Below are positions 13,281 to 24,803 of a stretch of 64,000 nt of DNA, one piece after another. Under the pieces are notes generated by a model. That model was given only the letters and a program-made list of their open reading frames with translations. It made no database searches and was not told the DNA's origin. The position numbers were made by a program, and so were the translations under genes. How positions within the stretch are numbered: the stretch's first letter is position 1; the number at the start of each line of letters is the position of its first letter. The DNA is from Laetmonice hystrix (lineage: Eukaryota). The stretch lies in contig OZ249437.1 in NCBI GenBank assembly GCA_965235115.1, positions 10,850,001-10,914,000 of the forward strand, read 5' to 3'.

Positions 13281-14222
13281 CCGAGTGAATATGGTCACTG
13301 CCTGGACTGGTGGTCACACCAAGATACCCAGTGAATATGGTCACTGCCCAGACTGGTGGTCACACCACTGGTGGTCACACCAAGATACCCAGTGAATACG
13401 GTCACTGCCCAGACTGGTGGTCACACCAAGATACCCAGTGAATAGGGTCACTGCCCGGACTGGTGGTCACACCAAGATACCCAGTGAATACGGTCACTGC
13501 CCGGACTGGTGGTCACACCAAGATACTCAGTGAATACGGTCACTGCCCGGACTGGTGGTCACACCGAGATACCCAGTGACTAGGGTCACTGCCCGGACTG
13601 GTGGTCACACCAAGATACCCAGTGAATACGGTCACTGCCCGGACTGGTGGTCACACCGAGATACCCAGTGACTAGGGTCACTGCCCGGACTGGTGGTCAC
13701 ACCAAGATACCCAGTGAATATGGTCACTACCCGGACTGGTGGTCACACCAAGATACCCAGTGACTAGGGTCACTGCCCGGACTGGTGGTCACACCACTGG
13801 TGGTCACACCAAGATACCCAGTGAATACGGTCACTGACCGGACTGGTGGTCACACCAAGACACCCACACAGTAGGGTGACTGCCCGGACTGGTGGTCACA
13901 CCAAGACACCCACACAATAGGGCCACTGCCCGGACTGGTGGTCACACCAAGATACCCAGTGAATAGGGTCACTGCCCGGACTGGTGGTCACACCAAGATA
14001 CCCAGTGAATAGGGTCACTGCCCGGACTGGTGGTCACACCAAGACACCCACACAGTAGGGTGACTGCCCGGACTGGTGGTCACACCAAGATACCCAGTGA
14101 ATACGGTCACTGCCCGGACTGGTGGTCACACCAAGATACCCAAACAACAGGGTCACTGCCCGGACTGGTGGTCACACCAAGACACCCACACAATAGGGTC
14201 ACTGCCCGGACTGGTGGTCACA
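13281..14222. repeat. 46-bp minisatellite, ~20 copies, in MRPL15 intron 2
   Basis: Unit GGACTGGTGGTCACACCAAGATACCCAGTGAATAGGGTCACTGCCC. Confidence 0.97.
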
Positions 14223-14787
14223 GTTCGTGGTTATTGCCCAGGTGACATAAAAACGTTAGATTTTGTGGTGAACACAGACGGCGCTGGGACTGACTAATTG
14301 TGTACCCATATCGCGTCCATATGTAATCATATAGTACATGTCATCAGCGTGACCTCCACGGTCTGAACTTTAACCTTGCACTTCTTGACCTTGTGAACGT
14401 ATCATGTCCTGGTTTACGTTCTGAAAACCACAATATCTTTGTTTAACAATTAAAACGTGTACTTTTATCTTTTATTATTTTACTGTTAGTAGGCCAGTAG
14501 CTAGGCTGATATGTTTTTCCAGTCAGCTGGACCATTAGCAAATAATAAACCAGGTTAAAGAACACCTAACTTATTGAATCAAGGACATAACCAGCTAGCC
14601 TGAACTAATAATAGAACATGAAGCGTAAGCATATTCTATCTCCACTTTATCTCAGCTTGTAATAAATAAGGCTAGGTATAACTCTACTGAATATTTTCCT
14701 ACCATTCTGCGTTGTGATATTCTGGCCCCTGTTCAGATCCAAACTTCCCTTGAGACCCGCTAAATGAGAAGGCTCAGTGATAACCAT

Positions 14788-15344
14788 GGGTGCGTTTCAC
14801 TAAGCCCGAAATGGTCGCTGAGCAGAGGTCTTTGCGGCGACGGGTGTTTCACTAACCATTCTTTAAAGGTAATCGATCACCCTACGACCGCCGAGTTTTG
14901 TCCCCATCTCCTACGAATCCGCGTATTTCAAGCTTACCTGATCTTGAATCTATCCCACTGGACTGATAAAAGATTCTGTCCTATCCATAACATTGTTGTG
15001 CAAGGTTTCTTGTTGATTATGAGCCATAATGAGGCGATACATCCCATATTTTTCATCTCAATGGACTGAGAACCGAGAACACCGCCATGACCGCGTTAGC
15101 ATTGTTAGGGCGGTCATTACTAAGCAACGGGATTGGGCGCATGCGTTGCCTCACACTGCTCCGCCCGCCCTCCCCTCATAATCCAAATAAAATATTGTCG
15201 ATATGGACGCGCCATGGTACCAGACTGCTAGAAACTCCTTAAAAAAATTGTTTTTACTCAAGTTTTGTTGAATTGACTTTCGGACAGATTTCCTTTAACA
15301 TTGTCCTCGCTGCAAAAGACGTCTTTCGTTAGTGAAACGCAGCC
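14788..15344. mobile_element. GGGTGCGTTTC-type MITE interrupted by a nested Kolobok-like MITE
   Basis: Ends GGGTGCGTTTCACTAA and TTAGTGAAACGCAGCC; internal GTCTTTGCGGCGACG and AAAGACGTCTTTC match the element at 56252-56426 in reverse orientation. Confidence 0.75.
14867..15294. mobile_element. Kolobok-like MITE, TTAA TSD
   Basis: TTAA|AGGTAATC ... GATTTCCT|TTAA; removing it restores the surrounding MITE. Confidence 0.7.
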
Positions 15345-15428
15345 TTCAAGTGGTCCCGAGTTTACCTTTATTATCGCCCTGACGTTTTTTCCCCCATGAT
15401 CTAAGGGTTGTATGTGGATGTGTTTCAG

Positions 15429-15594
15429 TGTCCGCAAACAGTACAGGCCAGTGTCGTTACTTGAACTCCAGCGGATGATCGACCTTGGAAACGTCAACCC
15501 GGACGAACCTATCGACATGACCACTATATGTAACACTCAACTTGCCAAGGTTCAATCTGACAAGGGCCAGTACGGGATCAACCTGACAGACGAG
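15429..15594 (+). CDS. MRPL15: MRPL15 exon 3
   Basis: TGTTTCAG|T then VRKQYRPVSLLELQRMIDLGNVNPDEPIDMTT...YGINLTDE; GAG|GTGAGT; phases compatible with exons 2 and 4. Confidence 0.95.
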
Positions 15595-16917
15595 GTGAGT
15601 GACTCAGCACACAGTGAGGGAGGTAACATTTACAGCATGGAGACCTCGCCATGCTAGCCCCCAACGCACGGTTGCGGGGGTGGTCAAAGATAAAAAAAAA
15701 AGTGAACCAAAGCCAATCCCCCAATACATGTAATGAAATAAAACTAAATCTTACAAATCGGATTCAATGTTTTGCTCAGATTCTTTCATGTTAAAAACAA
15801 CCCAAAACGGGCAATAAACTGAATTTTCGTTATTCCGACTTTAGTTCCAAGAATCAAGCGATCAAACCCGAATTTCCATGATTCAGTGGGCGTAGAAAAT
15901 GTTTGACCATTTCCTTTCCCGCTACGCTCCTACAGCACGCTGCGTCCTGACTAATTGAGACAACGGTGATTAATGGATAATGAGTAAGGCCAAGGCTAAT
16001 CACCGGTGGGCGTTAAGTCGGACAGCTTGGTGAGTCAAGTGTCTGCCTCAATCAGGCAGACCGCCGTGCAGTATGACGACCGCCCGGACTTACCGCCTCC
16101 GACAGTAGATCGATGGCCGGCCGCCCGGCCCACACACGATCGGCGGCTTGGGTCAAACTCGTTCTAATGTCATTGATTGGTGGTTGGGGCGCCACTAAAA
16201 GGTGTCAGTCCCCACGCGTCGCAATGACGACACGATGTAATCGAATCACAATCACTACCAGCCGCGGCGCTGAGCTTGGATATCTAAACATGGATTTGAG
16301 ATTGGGGGAGAGCCTGGTCTGACGTTATGAGATTAACAGGGCCTGGATTATCTCGGCCGTGATCCTCGTCAGGAGGGACATGGAGCAAGATGAGATGAAG
16401 AAAGATTTGTGTCTTGAGCAATCCGGGATGTTCAATATTGAAGGGAAGCCCGCGCTAAATGAGAAAATCATCGTCCCTTCACTGCTGGGGTTAACGTGAT
16501 TTGGCCTAGCATTAATCGCTGTATGGTAGTCGATTCACTGGCTTTTATTACTGAGTGGCAAACAGTGTTGTCTCCAATATAATGGCTCTTCTCTGGGCTA
16601 AACGTGCAGTTAGGTGTTCTCTGGGCTAAACGTGCAGTTAGGTGTTTCAAACACAGTTCGCTGTTTCTATTTGGATGATCTTGAGCAGTTAATTTTTTTA
16701 TTCACTCAGCATAAGATTAAGAAACTCGAATTGGAGCAATAGTTTGGGAATTTCTTAACTAATGCATTTGTAGGCGTTAGAAAGCCACTAAATCATCTGT
16801 GACCGTTACAAGACCACATCCTAGTTCCTACACCCAGTAAAATGAGAAAAAATGAGAACTTTTCTGTGGTTACATTTATTTCACTTTACATAACGCAAAT
16901 GTCATTGTTTTGGACAG

Positions 16918-17379
16918 GGAGCAGACGTGTTCAGTGCCCAGGTGAACCTCGAGGTCCAGTGGTGCAATGAGCAAGCCATCGCCGCCGTGGAACGTAACGG
17001 TGGAATAATCACCACTAAGTTCTACGATCAGATCTGTGTGCGGGCTATGTCGTCACCGGTACGTTTCATGCTGAGAGGGATTCCAATCCCCCGCTGTAAG
17101 CTGCCATCCGCTGACGTCCTGGCCTTCTATTCTAACCCCCACACCCGAGGGTACCTGGCCGACCCAGAGGAGGTCCGCCAGGCCCGACTACAACTGGCCC
17201 AGAAGTACGGCTACTATCTGCCCGACCTCAGCGACCACCCCAAGAGGGAGATGTTGATGATGAGGAAGGACCCACGACAGATCTGGTACGGGTTGGAACC
17301 AGGCTGGGTGATCAATCTACCCACCAAGAAAATACTCAAACCTACCAATGAGCAGCTGGTCGAGTACTATAGGTCATGA
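16918..17379 (+). CDS. MRPL15: MRPL15 exon 4 (last coding exon)
   Basis: GGACAG| GADVFSAQVNLEVQW...RGYLADP...RKDPRQIWYGLEPGWVINL..KKILKPT..LVEYYRS*; total CDS 882 nt = 293 aa. Confidence 0.97.
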   Translation, partial: GADVFSAQVNLEVQWCNEQAIAAVERNGGIITTKFYDQICVRAMSSPVRFMLRGIPIPRCKLPSADVLAFYSNPHTRGYLADPEEVRQARLQLAQKYGYYLPDLSDHPKREMLMMRKDPRQIWYGLEPGWVINLPTKKILKPTNEQLVEYYRS

Positions 17380-18184
17380 AAGGCACTTGATAATGTAGTT
17401 CTGTATATGATGGGGGAGGGGTCTATCTTTTGTTATTTCTGAACGTTTTTTTTCAGGAATGAGGGGCGGGGGAGACACCTGCGTGTTTTCAAACTAGGAC
17501 TCAAAGGAGCCCTAAGAATCGATTATAAAACGAATACGGTCTCACAACTCGAGAAAGAAGTTAGAAACATAAATTGCTACCACAGACGGATTACTCAAGA
17601 TGGACAGTAAATGCCTAAAACAACGAAACCACATTTATGTCCATACCTGTATGCATGAACTTCTATGTGCTATATTGTAAATACAACATGGACGTCTTTC
17701 AGAAAGATCGCATGGACATAATACATGTATTAACCATCAGAGACATTGTCTGAGGAGCGTATACGAGTTCGCCTTGCCCAGATAGTATTACATGTATCGT
17801 ATTATCACAAAGATGTATATAATGTGAAATACAAGCGTTATATAATAAAGACTTTATACCAGATCAAAATCTGGGATTATAACGTTATTGTAGTGGTCAG
17901 TTTTAGTTGTAATGATGGGACCAATATTGGAACAGCAACGTAGGACCTAGACAGAGTACGTAGGACCAAGCAGTCCCGATATCGGACTGGCGGACGTCCA
18001 ATCAATCATAACTTCGACACCGGGTTCTTAAAGTAGAAGTCCAGTCAAAAATCGCATTTGGACAGCTGCAAGGCCTCTTTATACACTCACCTTTCAGAGT
18101 AGTGGTTGGAAATAAATGTCCCCCCATTCCAAGAAGTCATATGTTGAACATGACAACCGTGTCAAAATCACTGGCTTCAACGGC

Positions 18185-18213
18185 GCAGCCATTTGGCCGG
18201 AAGTAAGTGACGT
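18185..18213. promoter_or_regulatory. Orphan housekeeping-type promoter (YY1-like, ETS, CRE half-site)
   Basis: GCAGCCATTTGG, CCGGAAGT and GTGACGT within 30 bp; donors AAG|GTGAGT on - (exon end 18091) and CAG|GTATGT on + (exon end 18336). Confidence 0.55.
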
Positions 18214-18889
18214 TCTTGTGCCCATCTATTGCATGCCGGGGCTAGGCTAGACTAGACTAAAGTAAAGGCAGCCGAGGCGGGTGGGCAAATCAACGGGGGT
18301 CAGTCCCACAGTCGCCGTCACAACTAAACGCAACAGGTATGTGCTGATCACAGGAGTCTGACACTGGCAGCACCCGCCCGCGGTCGGAGTCAGGGCCCGG
18401 CCCCCGGCCCCCGGCCCCCGGCCCAGGGCTCCGTCAACATCACACCTCCGAGCAGGACGAATTGAATGCAGGCGGCCGAAACCCACGGCTGCCCAGATCC
18501 GTGTCCACCCTGATATATCCCCTGACGTCGGTAGGCTTAATTCCTAGCCATTCCTCATCACTATGATCGATGGTTTTCGTCTATGTTCTAACAAATTTTG
18601 CTTATAAGCTGTCAACGTTCGCTACCTTTCGAATCGGTCTAAGCAGGCTCCGGCACTAAATTGCTTATATCTTAACTATTTGAGCACAAATTGTGTTCAA
18701 ATCTTTTTTATATTGCTTAGAATATCACGGCCTGTGTGCCTGGCCTGTACACACTGGCGGTGGAGGGTCACGTGGGGAGAGAGGGTCTCGAAGCACGGTG
18801 GGGATTTGTCTAATTTAAAATATTTTATTTTAAGATTCTAGGGACACAATAATTGTAGGGGGTGCCCTCTTCAGTAATCTGAACTAGAG

Positions 18890-20059
18890 TTCATGCCATA
18901 CTCTCCGAGGTCACCGCTTGGGGCCACAAACTGGACCTGGAGCCAGTGTGGATTTCATGCCATACTCTCTGAGATCACCGCTTGGTGCCACAAACTGGAC
19001 TTGGGGCCAGTGTGGATTTCATGCCATACACTCCGAGGTCACCACTTGGGGCCACAAACCGGACTTGGCGCCAGTGTGGATTTCATGTCGTACACTCCGA
19101 GGTCACCGCTTGGGGCCACAAACTGGACCTTGGGCCAGTGTGGATTTCATGCCATACACTCCGAGGTCACCACTTGGGGCCACAAACCGGACCTTGGGCC
19201 AGTGTGGATTTCATGCCATACACTCCGAGGTCACCACTTGGGGCCACAAACCGGACTTGGGGCCAGTGTGGATTTCATGCCATACACTCCAGGTCACCGC
19301 TTGGGGGCCACAAACCGGACCTTGGGCCAGTGTGGATTTCATGCCATACTCCCCGAGGTCACTGCTTGGGGGCCGCAAACCGGACTTGGGGCCAGCGTAG
19401 ATTTCATGCCATACTCTCCGAGGTCACCGCTTGGGGGCCACAAACCGGACTTGGGGCCAATGTGGATTTCATGCCATACACTCCGAGGTCACCGCTTGGG
19501 GGCCACAAACCGGACTTGGCGCCAGTGTGGATTTCATGCCATACACTCCGAGGTCACCGGTTGGGGGCCACAAACTGGACTTGGGGCCAGTGTGGATGTC
19601 ATGCCATACACTCCGAGGTCACCGCTTGGGGGCCACAAACCGGACCTTGGGCCAGTGTGGATTTCGTGCCATACTTTCCGAGGTCACCGCTTGGGGGCCA
19701 CAAACCGGACTTGGGGCCAGTGTGGATTTCATGCCATACACTCCGAGGTCACCGCTTGGGGGCCACACACCGGACTTGGCGCCAGTGTGGATTTCATGCC
19801 ATACACTCCGAGGTCACCGGTTGGGGGCCACAAACTGGACTTGGGGCCAGTGTGGATTTCATGCCATACTCTCCGAGGTCACCGCTTGGGGGCCACAAAC
19901 CGGACCTTGGGCCAGTGTGGATTTCATGCCATACACTCCAGGTCACCGCTTGGGGGCCACAAACCGGACCTTGGGCCAGTGTGGATTTCGTGCCATACTT
20001 TCCGAGGTCACCGCTTGGGGGCCACAAACCGGACTTGGGGCCAGTGTGGATTTCATGCC
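18890..20059. repeat. ~64-bp minisatellite, ~18 copies
   Basis: Unit GTGGATTTCATGCCATACACTCCGAGGTCACCGCTTGGGGGCCACAAACCGGACTTGGGGCCAGT; source of the 402/369/212-aa ORFs. Confidence 0.97.
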
Positions 20060-21393
20060 GGCTCGGTGATGCGCATGCCCAGGTCGTTTAGAGTGACATA
20101 ATGGCGGGAACCTAACATAAATTATTACGTATATTACGATTTTGATGGCAGGGGACTCTTTGACATGAGATCCTCAGCAACGAATAAATAAGAGTATGCT
20201 TAGGGTTGAACAATAATACATGCGAGAAGTGTAATGTTTAGTGGGAAGAGAAATGATTGTTTATTTTAACGATACCCGCTCTCATACGCTCACTTACATC
20301 TTTGGCACGAGTCGGTATCATTACTTGAGTTTCTTCTAATTATTACATATCGACGAGACGTCCACAATACCATTATATAATCATAACTTTAATTGATCAA
20401 TATTATGTGTCATACATAGTAGGTACTTGCCCGGTTTGACAAAGTCCGAGTATTACAATTTACAATATCCCACCTTTAATAGTTCTTTAGCCGTTGGTAT
20501 AGAACAATGAACACAAAACCTGTATAAAACCATCCGGTGACGCGACGCCCCCTATCGGGAATAATAACAAACACTGAATCTACCCATCCAGAGGGATCTC
20601 ACTGCAGGCCCTGGCCAGTGAATGTTGGAAGGCGGTTCGTTGAAGTTCACTCTCGGCTATTAATTTCACAATTTAATGTATGGTAATGGGTGAAGCGAGG
20701 GGAAAAAAGTATAGTTCCGTTTCTTTGTTTGAGTTTTGGGAAGGTAATATGGTTGTCGCGTGGACGCTGAAGGCAACCGGTATATAAGCGTCACATTGGT
20801 ACAGTAGCGTCAGCCCGGGGAAGGTGGGGGGGGGGGGCTGGGGCTGAAGACGCCTTGCGGTTGGGATGGACTGGTGGCTAGTGTCCCTGTCCTTACAGCG
20901 TTCTCTGTGATGGCCTCCTGGACCTCCCAGCAATCGCATCTCGCCACCACCACCACCACCAGCCGGCGCCCCCAGGCCCCCCATCCCCCCTCCTCACCCC
21001 CCGCCTTCGACTATCCTCGAACGGGGCCGTTTTATCATGAGGCCGCCCAGCGCTGGCCTCGCGGGCCACACCTAATTGACTATGAAACACGTCCCAGTGA
21101 ACGATGGCTCCGCGCGCAATTTCTCGCTCGTGGCCGAATTGCCAGATCTGCTGACCTCTCAAGTCTGTGTAGCATCATATGGCACGTCGAGTTGCGGCAC
21201 CTTCGCCCGAATCCAAACTGGGGAGCGCCTGAATCAACGAGACGCCGCTCCGTCGATGGCAGGACGTAGCCCGGCCGCGACACGCCGCACAATTGATGGA
21301 GCCCGCATTGCGCCCACAGCCAAAGTAATTCTTCTTAGTTCAGGACAGATTGATCGCAATTGTTGGCCGTGGCCGCCCTCTCAGTGTGCGCCG

Positions 21394-21495
21394 CTACTGG
21401 ATCTGGTGCTGGATCGAATCAAACAAGTTCGCCTTGTGGTCGGTGGGGTTGGCGCGGGCCTCATACGTCGTTATTGTCACTTCGTGCCTGTGAGC
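21394..21495 (-). CDS. PITHD1: PITH domain-containing protein 1, exon 6 (last)
   Basis: TTGTAG| AHRHEVTITTYEARANPTDHKANLFDSIQHQIQ*, matching the PITHD1 C-terminal RHEVTI..YEA.ANP.DH motif. Confidence 0.93.
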   Translation of the reverse strand, partial: AHRHEVTITTYEARANPTDHKANLFDSIQHQIQ

Positions 21496-21860
21496 CTACA
21501 ATGGAATCAAACAGAGCTTACGGGGGTCGTCGTCCTGCCATGCCGGGAACCGTCACCCGTGGCGGGGTAATTTATAACAAAATGACAGGCGCGCCGATTA
21601 AAGATTTGGTAATGTTGTTTTTACCTCTTGCTCTGTCGTAACGGTTGCCATCATCTCTGGGCGCCCGCAGACAAAGCGTGTGGCATATTAATTTACTGAG
21701 GACAAGGGCTTTGGAAATAGCACAGAGCAAAGAGGAAAAAAAGCAAGGAGCGATTAAAATGATAGTAATGTCATTGAGGTCTACGAGTGAAGGGCGAACA
21801 AAGCTGAGTGTTTGAAAGGAGCCGCTGGCTCGATCCTACCGACTACATCGATTCTCAATC

Positions 21861-22176
21861 TACATGACAGTTCGTCGCAAGTAAAGAAAACTTCCTCGCA
21901 ATGCTGATCTATTACAAAACACACCACACAATATGACAGGCCAAGTTCAGGTTTGCCGGTTGTCACTCTACATGACAGTTCCTCGCAAGTAAAGAAAACT
22001 TCCTCGCAATGCTGATCTATTACAAAACATACCACACAATATGACAGGCCAAGTTCAGGTTTGCCGGTTGTCACTCCATATAACAGTTCATCGCGAGTAA
22101 ACAAAACTTCCTAGCAATGCTGATCTATTACAAAACACACCACACAATATGAAAGGCCAAGTTCACGTTCGCCGGT
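21861..22176. repeat. 108-bp tandem triplication in PITHD1 intron 5
   Basis: Copies start at 21861, 21969 and 22077. Confidence 0.9.
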
Positions 22177-22605
22177 GCTCATCATATATAGTGGTGCAGG
22201 GATGGATCCAGGTTTGCGCCAACAGCCAAAGTAATTCTTCTTAGTTCAGGGCAGACTGATCGCAATTGTGATTGTGCGGTGCCAAGGGAGGGTGGGGGTG
22301 TGGGTGCCGGGAAGGGGGTTTTGTATGTTTTGTGTGAACCTTCCAAGCAGGAAAAAAGAAAAACTACTTCGTAACGGGGGGGGGGGGTTGTAAACCCCAG
22401 TAAACCTCCCCCCCCCCCTTAAATCCGCCGAGGTGTCGTTGGGATGAAGTTACAGAGCAGGACACAAATTGACAACTTTAGTAACTATACCCCTTCTTTA
22501 TGCCTTTCTTATAAAGAAGGCGTTAATAGGCCTTCTTTATAAAAAAAACTCTGAAGGTATCAACAGTCTTGAGAGGCACAAAGTTTAACACAAACTATAA
22601 ATACA

Positions 22606-23166
22606 TTCCATCCGATAGTATCAATTCTATCCGATAGTATCGATTCCATCCTATAGCATCGATTCCATCTGACAGTATCTATTCCATCCGATATAGTATC
22701 CATTCCATCCAACAATATCGATTCCATCGAATAGTATCGATTCCATCCGATTGTATCGATTCCATCTGATAGTATCGATTCCATCCGATTGTATTGATTC
22801 CATCTGATAGTATCGATTCCATCCGATAGTATCGATTCCATCCGATAGTATCGATTCCATCCGATAGTATCGATTCCATCCGATAGTATCGATTCCATCC
22901 GATAGTATCGATTCCATCCGATAGTATCGATTCCATCCGATAGTATCGATTCCATCCGATTGTATCGATTCCATCCGATTGTATCGATTCCATCCGATAT
23001 AGTATCGATTCCATCTGATAGTATCGATTCCATCCGATAATATCGATTCCATCCGATAGTATCGATTCCATACGATAGTATCGATTCCATCCGATAGTAT
23101 CGATTCCATCCGATAGTATCGATTCCATCCGATAGTATCGATTCCATCCGATAGTATCGATTCCAT
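22606..23166. repeat. 19-bp minisatellite, ~30 copies
   Basis: Unit AGTATCGATTCCATCCGAT. Confidence 0.97.
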
Positions 23167-24027
23167 ATTCTGAAAGATCCTCTGATGAGGTAGCTTTTAC
23201 GCAAACAGGAAATCCATCAACAAAGGATTCAAAAATATTCTACTTAATTAAGTCAAAACTGGGCACAAAGTTGTCAATATTAAAACGCTTATTATCACAT
23301 CACATTATATGCCACATAGCTCACAATTCAAATTCGCTTTTCAAAATAACTCCTTCCCCCCCCCCAGAAATATCTTTTCTAGCTATACCATAATGCCTTA
23401 CTACACCTTACAAATCAGCATTCTACCATAAAACATAACACAGGCCTTTACAACCTAACATCTCGTCACAGACGAGGACAAAACCAACTTTCTCAACCCC
23501 CACCCCACCACCACTACCACCACCACCTCCACCACCACTCAAACACACGCAGCCGCCAGACACACGACTATAACAGCGGGGCTAATGACTGGGTGTGGAC
23601 GGGTCGGGATGAGGACCATACCTATACCTGGCGGACATGTTTTAATAAGGCATTATAAGATCCCGTTATTGTCCCACTAATTGCCCAAGTGATTTGCATC
23701 AACACAGGCTTCATCCAATTAATTTACATAATCCGTAACATTGGCGTAATTAGCATTTCAAAATGCTCTGACTGCACTTTTGATGTTGCTTGCTAATATA
23801 ATTGGAACAGGAGGGGAATAGACAGTGGGCCTGTTCCCTCGAGAAAGTCGACTGGCAAATTACCAAGCTAATTGTTGGAAATCCTCTGTCTCCTCCGCCT
23901 GTATTATTTCGGTTAATTCATTAGGCATCCCTTTTTGGTTTCAGGGTATAAACTTTGCAACGTTTATCGCGTGTGGATCAAAGTCAGATTTGGTAACCAT
24001 TGGTCCGGCGGATGCGGCGGGACCACA

Positions 24028-24803
24028 TATTACGGGAAACGTTTCAATGATCTCAATACCGAATTGTATTATGGGAAACGTTTCGATGATCTCGATACCG
24101 AATTGTATTACGGGAAACGTTCTGATATCTCGATACCGAATTGTATTACGGGAAACGTTTCAATGATCTCGATACCGCATTTTATTACGGGAAACGTTTC
24201 GATGATCTCGATACCGAATTGTATTCCGGGAAACGTTCCGATGATCTCGATACCGAATTGTATTACGGGAAACGTTTCGATGTTCTCGATACCGAATTGT
24301 ATTACGGGAAACGTTCCGATGATCTCGATACCGAATTGTATTCCGGGAAACGTTTCGATGATCTCGATACCGAATTGTATTACGGGAAACGTTCTGATAT
24401 CTCGATACCGAATTGTATTACGGGAAACGTTCCGATGATCTCGATACCGAATTGTATTACGGGAAACGTTCCGATGATCTCGATACCAAATTGTCTTATG
24501 GGAAACGTTCCGATGATCTCGATACCGAATTGTATTACGGGAACGTTCCGATGATCTCGATACCGAATTGTATTACGGGAAACGTTCCGATGATATCGGT
24601 ACCGAATGGTATTACGGGAAACGTTCCGATGATCTCGATACCGAATTGTATTACGGGAAACGTTCCGATGATCTCGATACCAAATTGTCTTATGGGAAAC
24701 GTTCCGATGATCTCGATACCGAATTGTATTACGGGAACGTTCCGATGATCTCGATACCGAATTGTATTACGGGAAACGTTCCGATGATCTCGATACCGAA
24801 TTG
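24028..24803. repeat. 39-bp minisatellite, ~20 copies
   Basis: Unit TATTACGGGAAACGTTCCGATGATCTCGATACCGAATTG; a few 38-bp variant units. Confidence 0.97.

Noticed and set aside
15950-16460. Developmental enhancer (TAAT-rich, CpG-containing stretch in MRPL15 intron 3)
   Set aside because: Short motifs alone cannot support the call without conservation or chromatin data
18893-20101. Long ORFs (402, 369, 274, 248, 214 aa and others) in the ORF track
   Set aside because: All are periodic translations of minisatellites, open in several frames, with no splice context or domain
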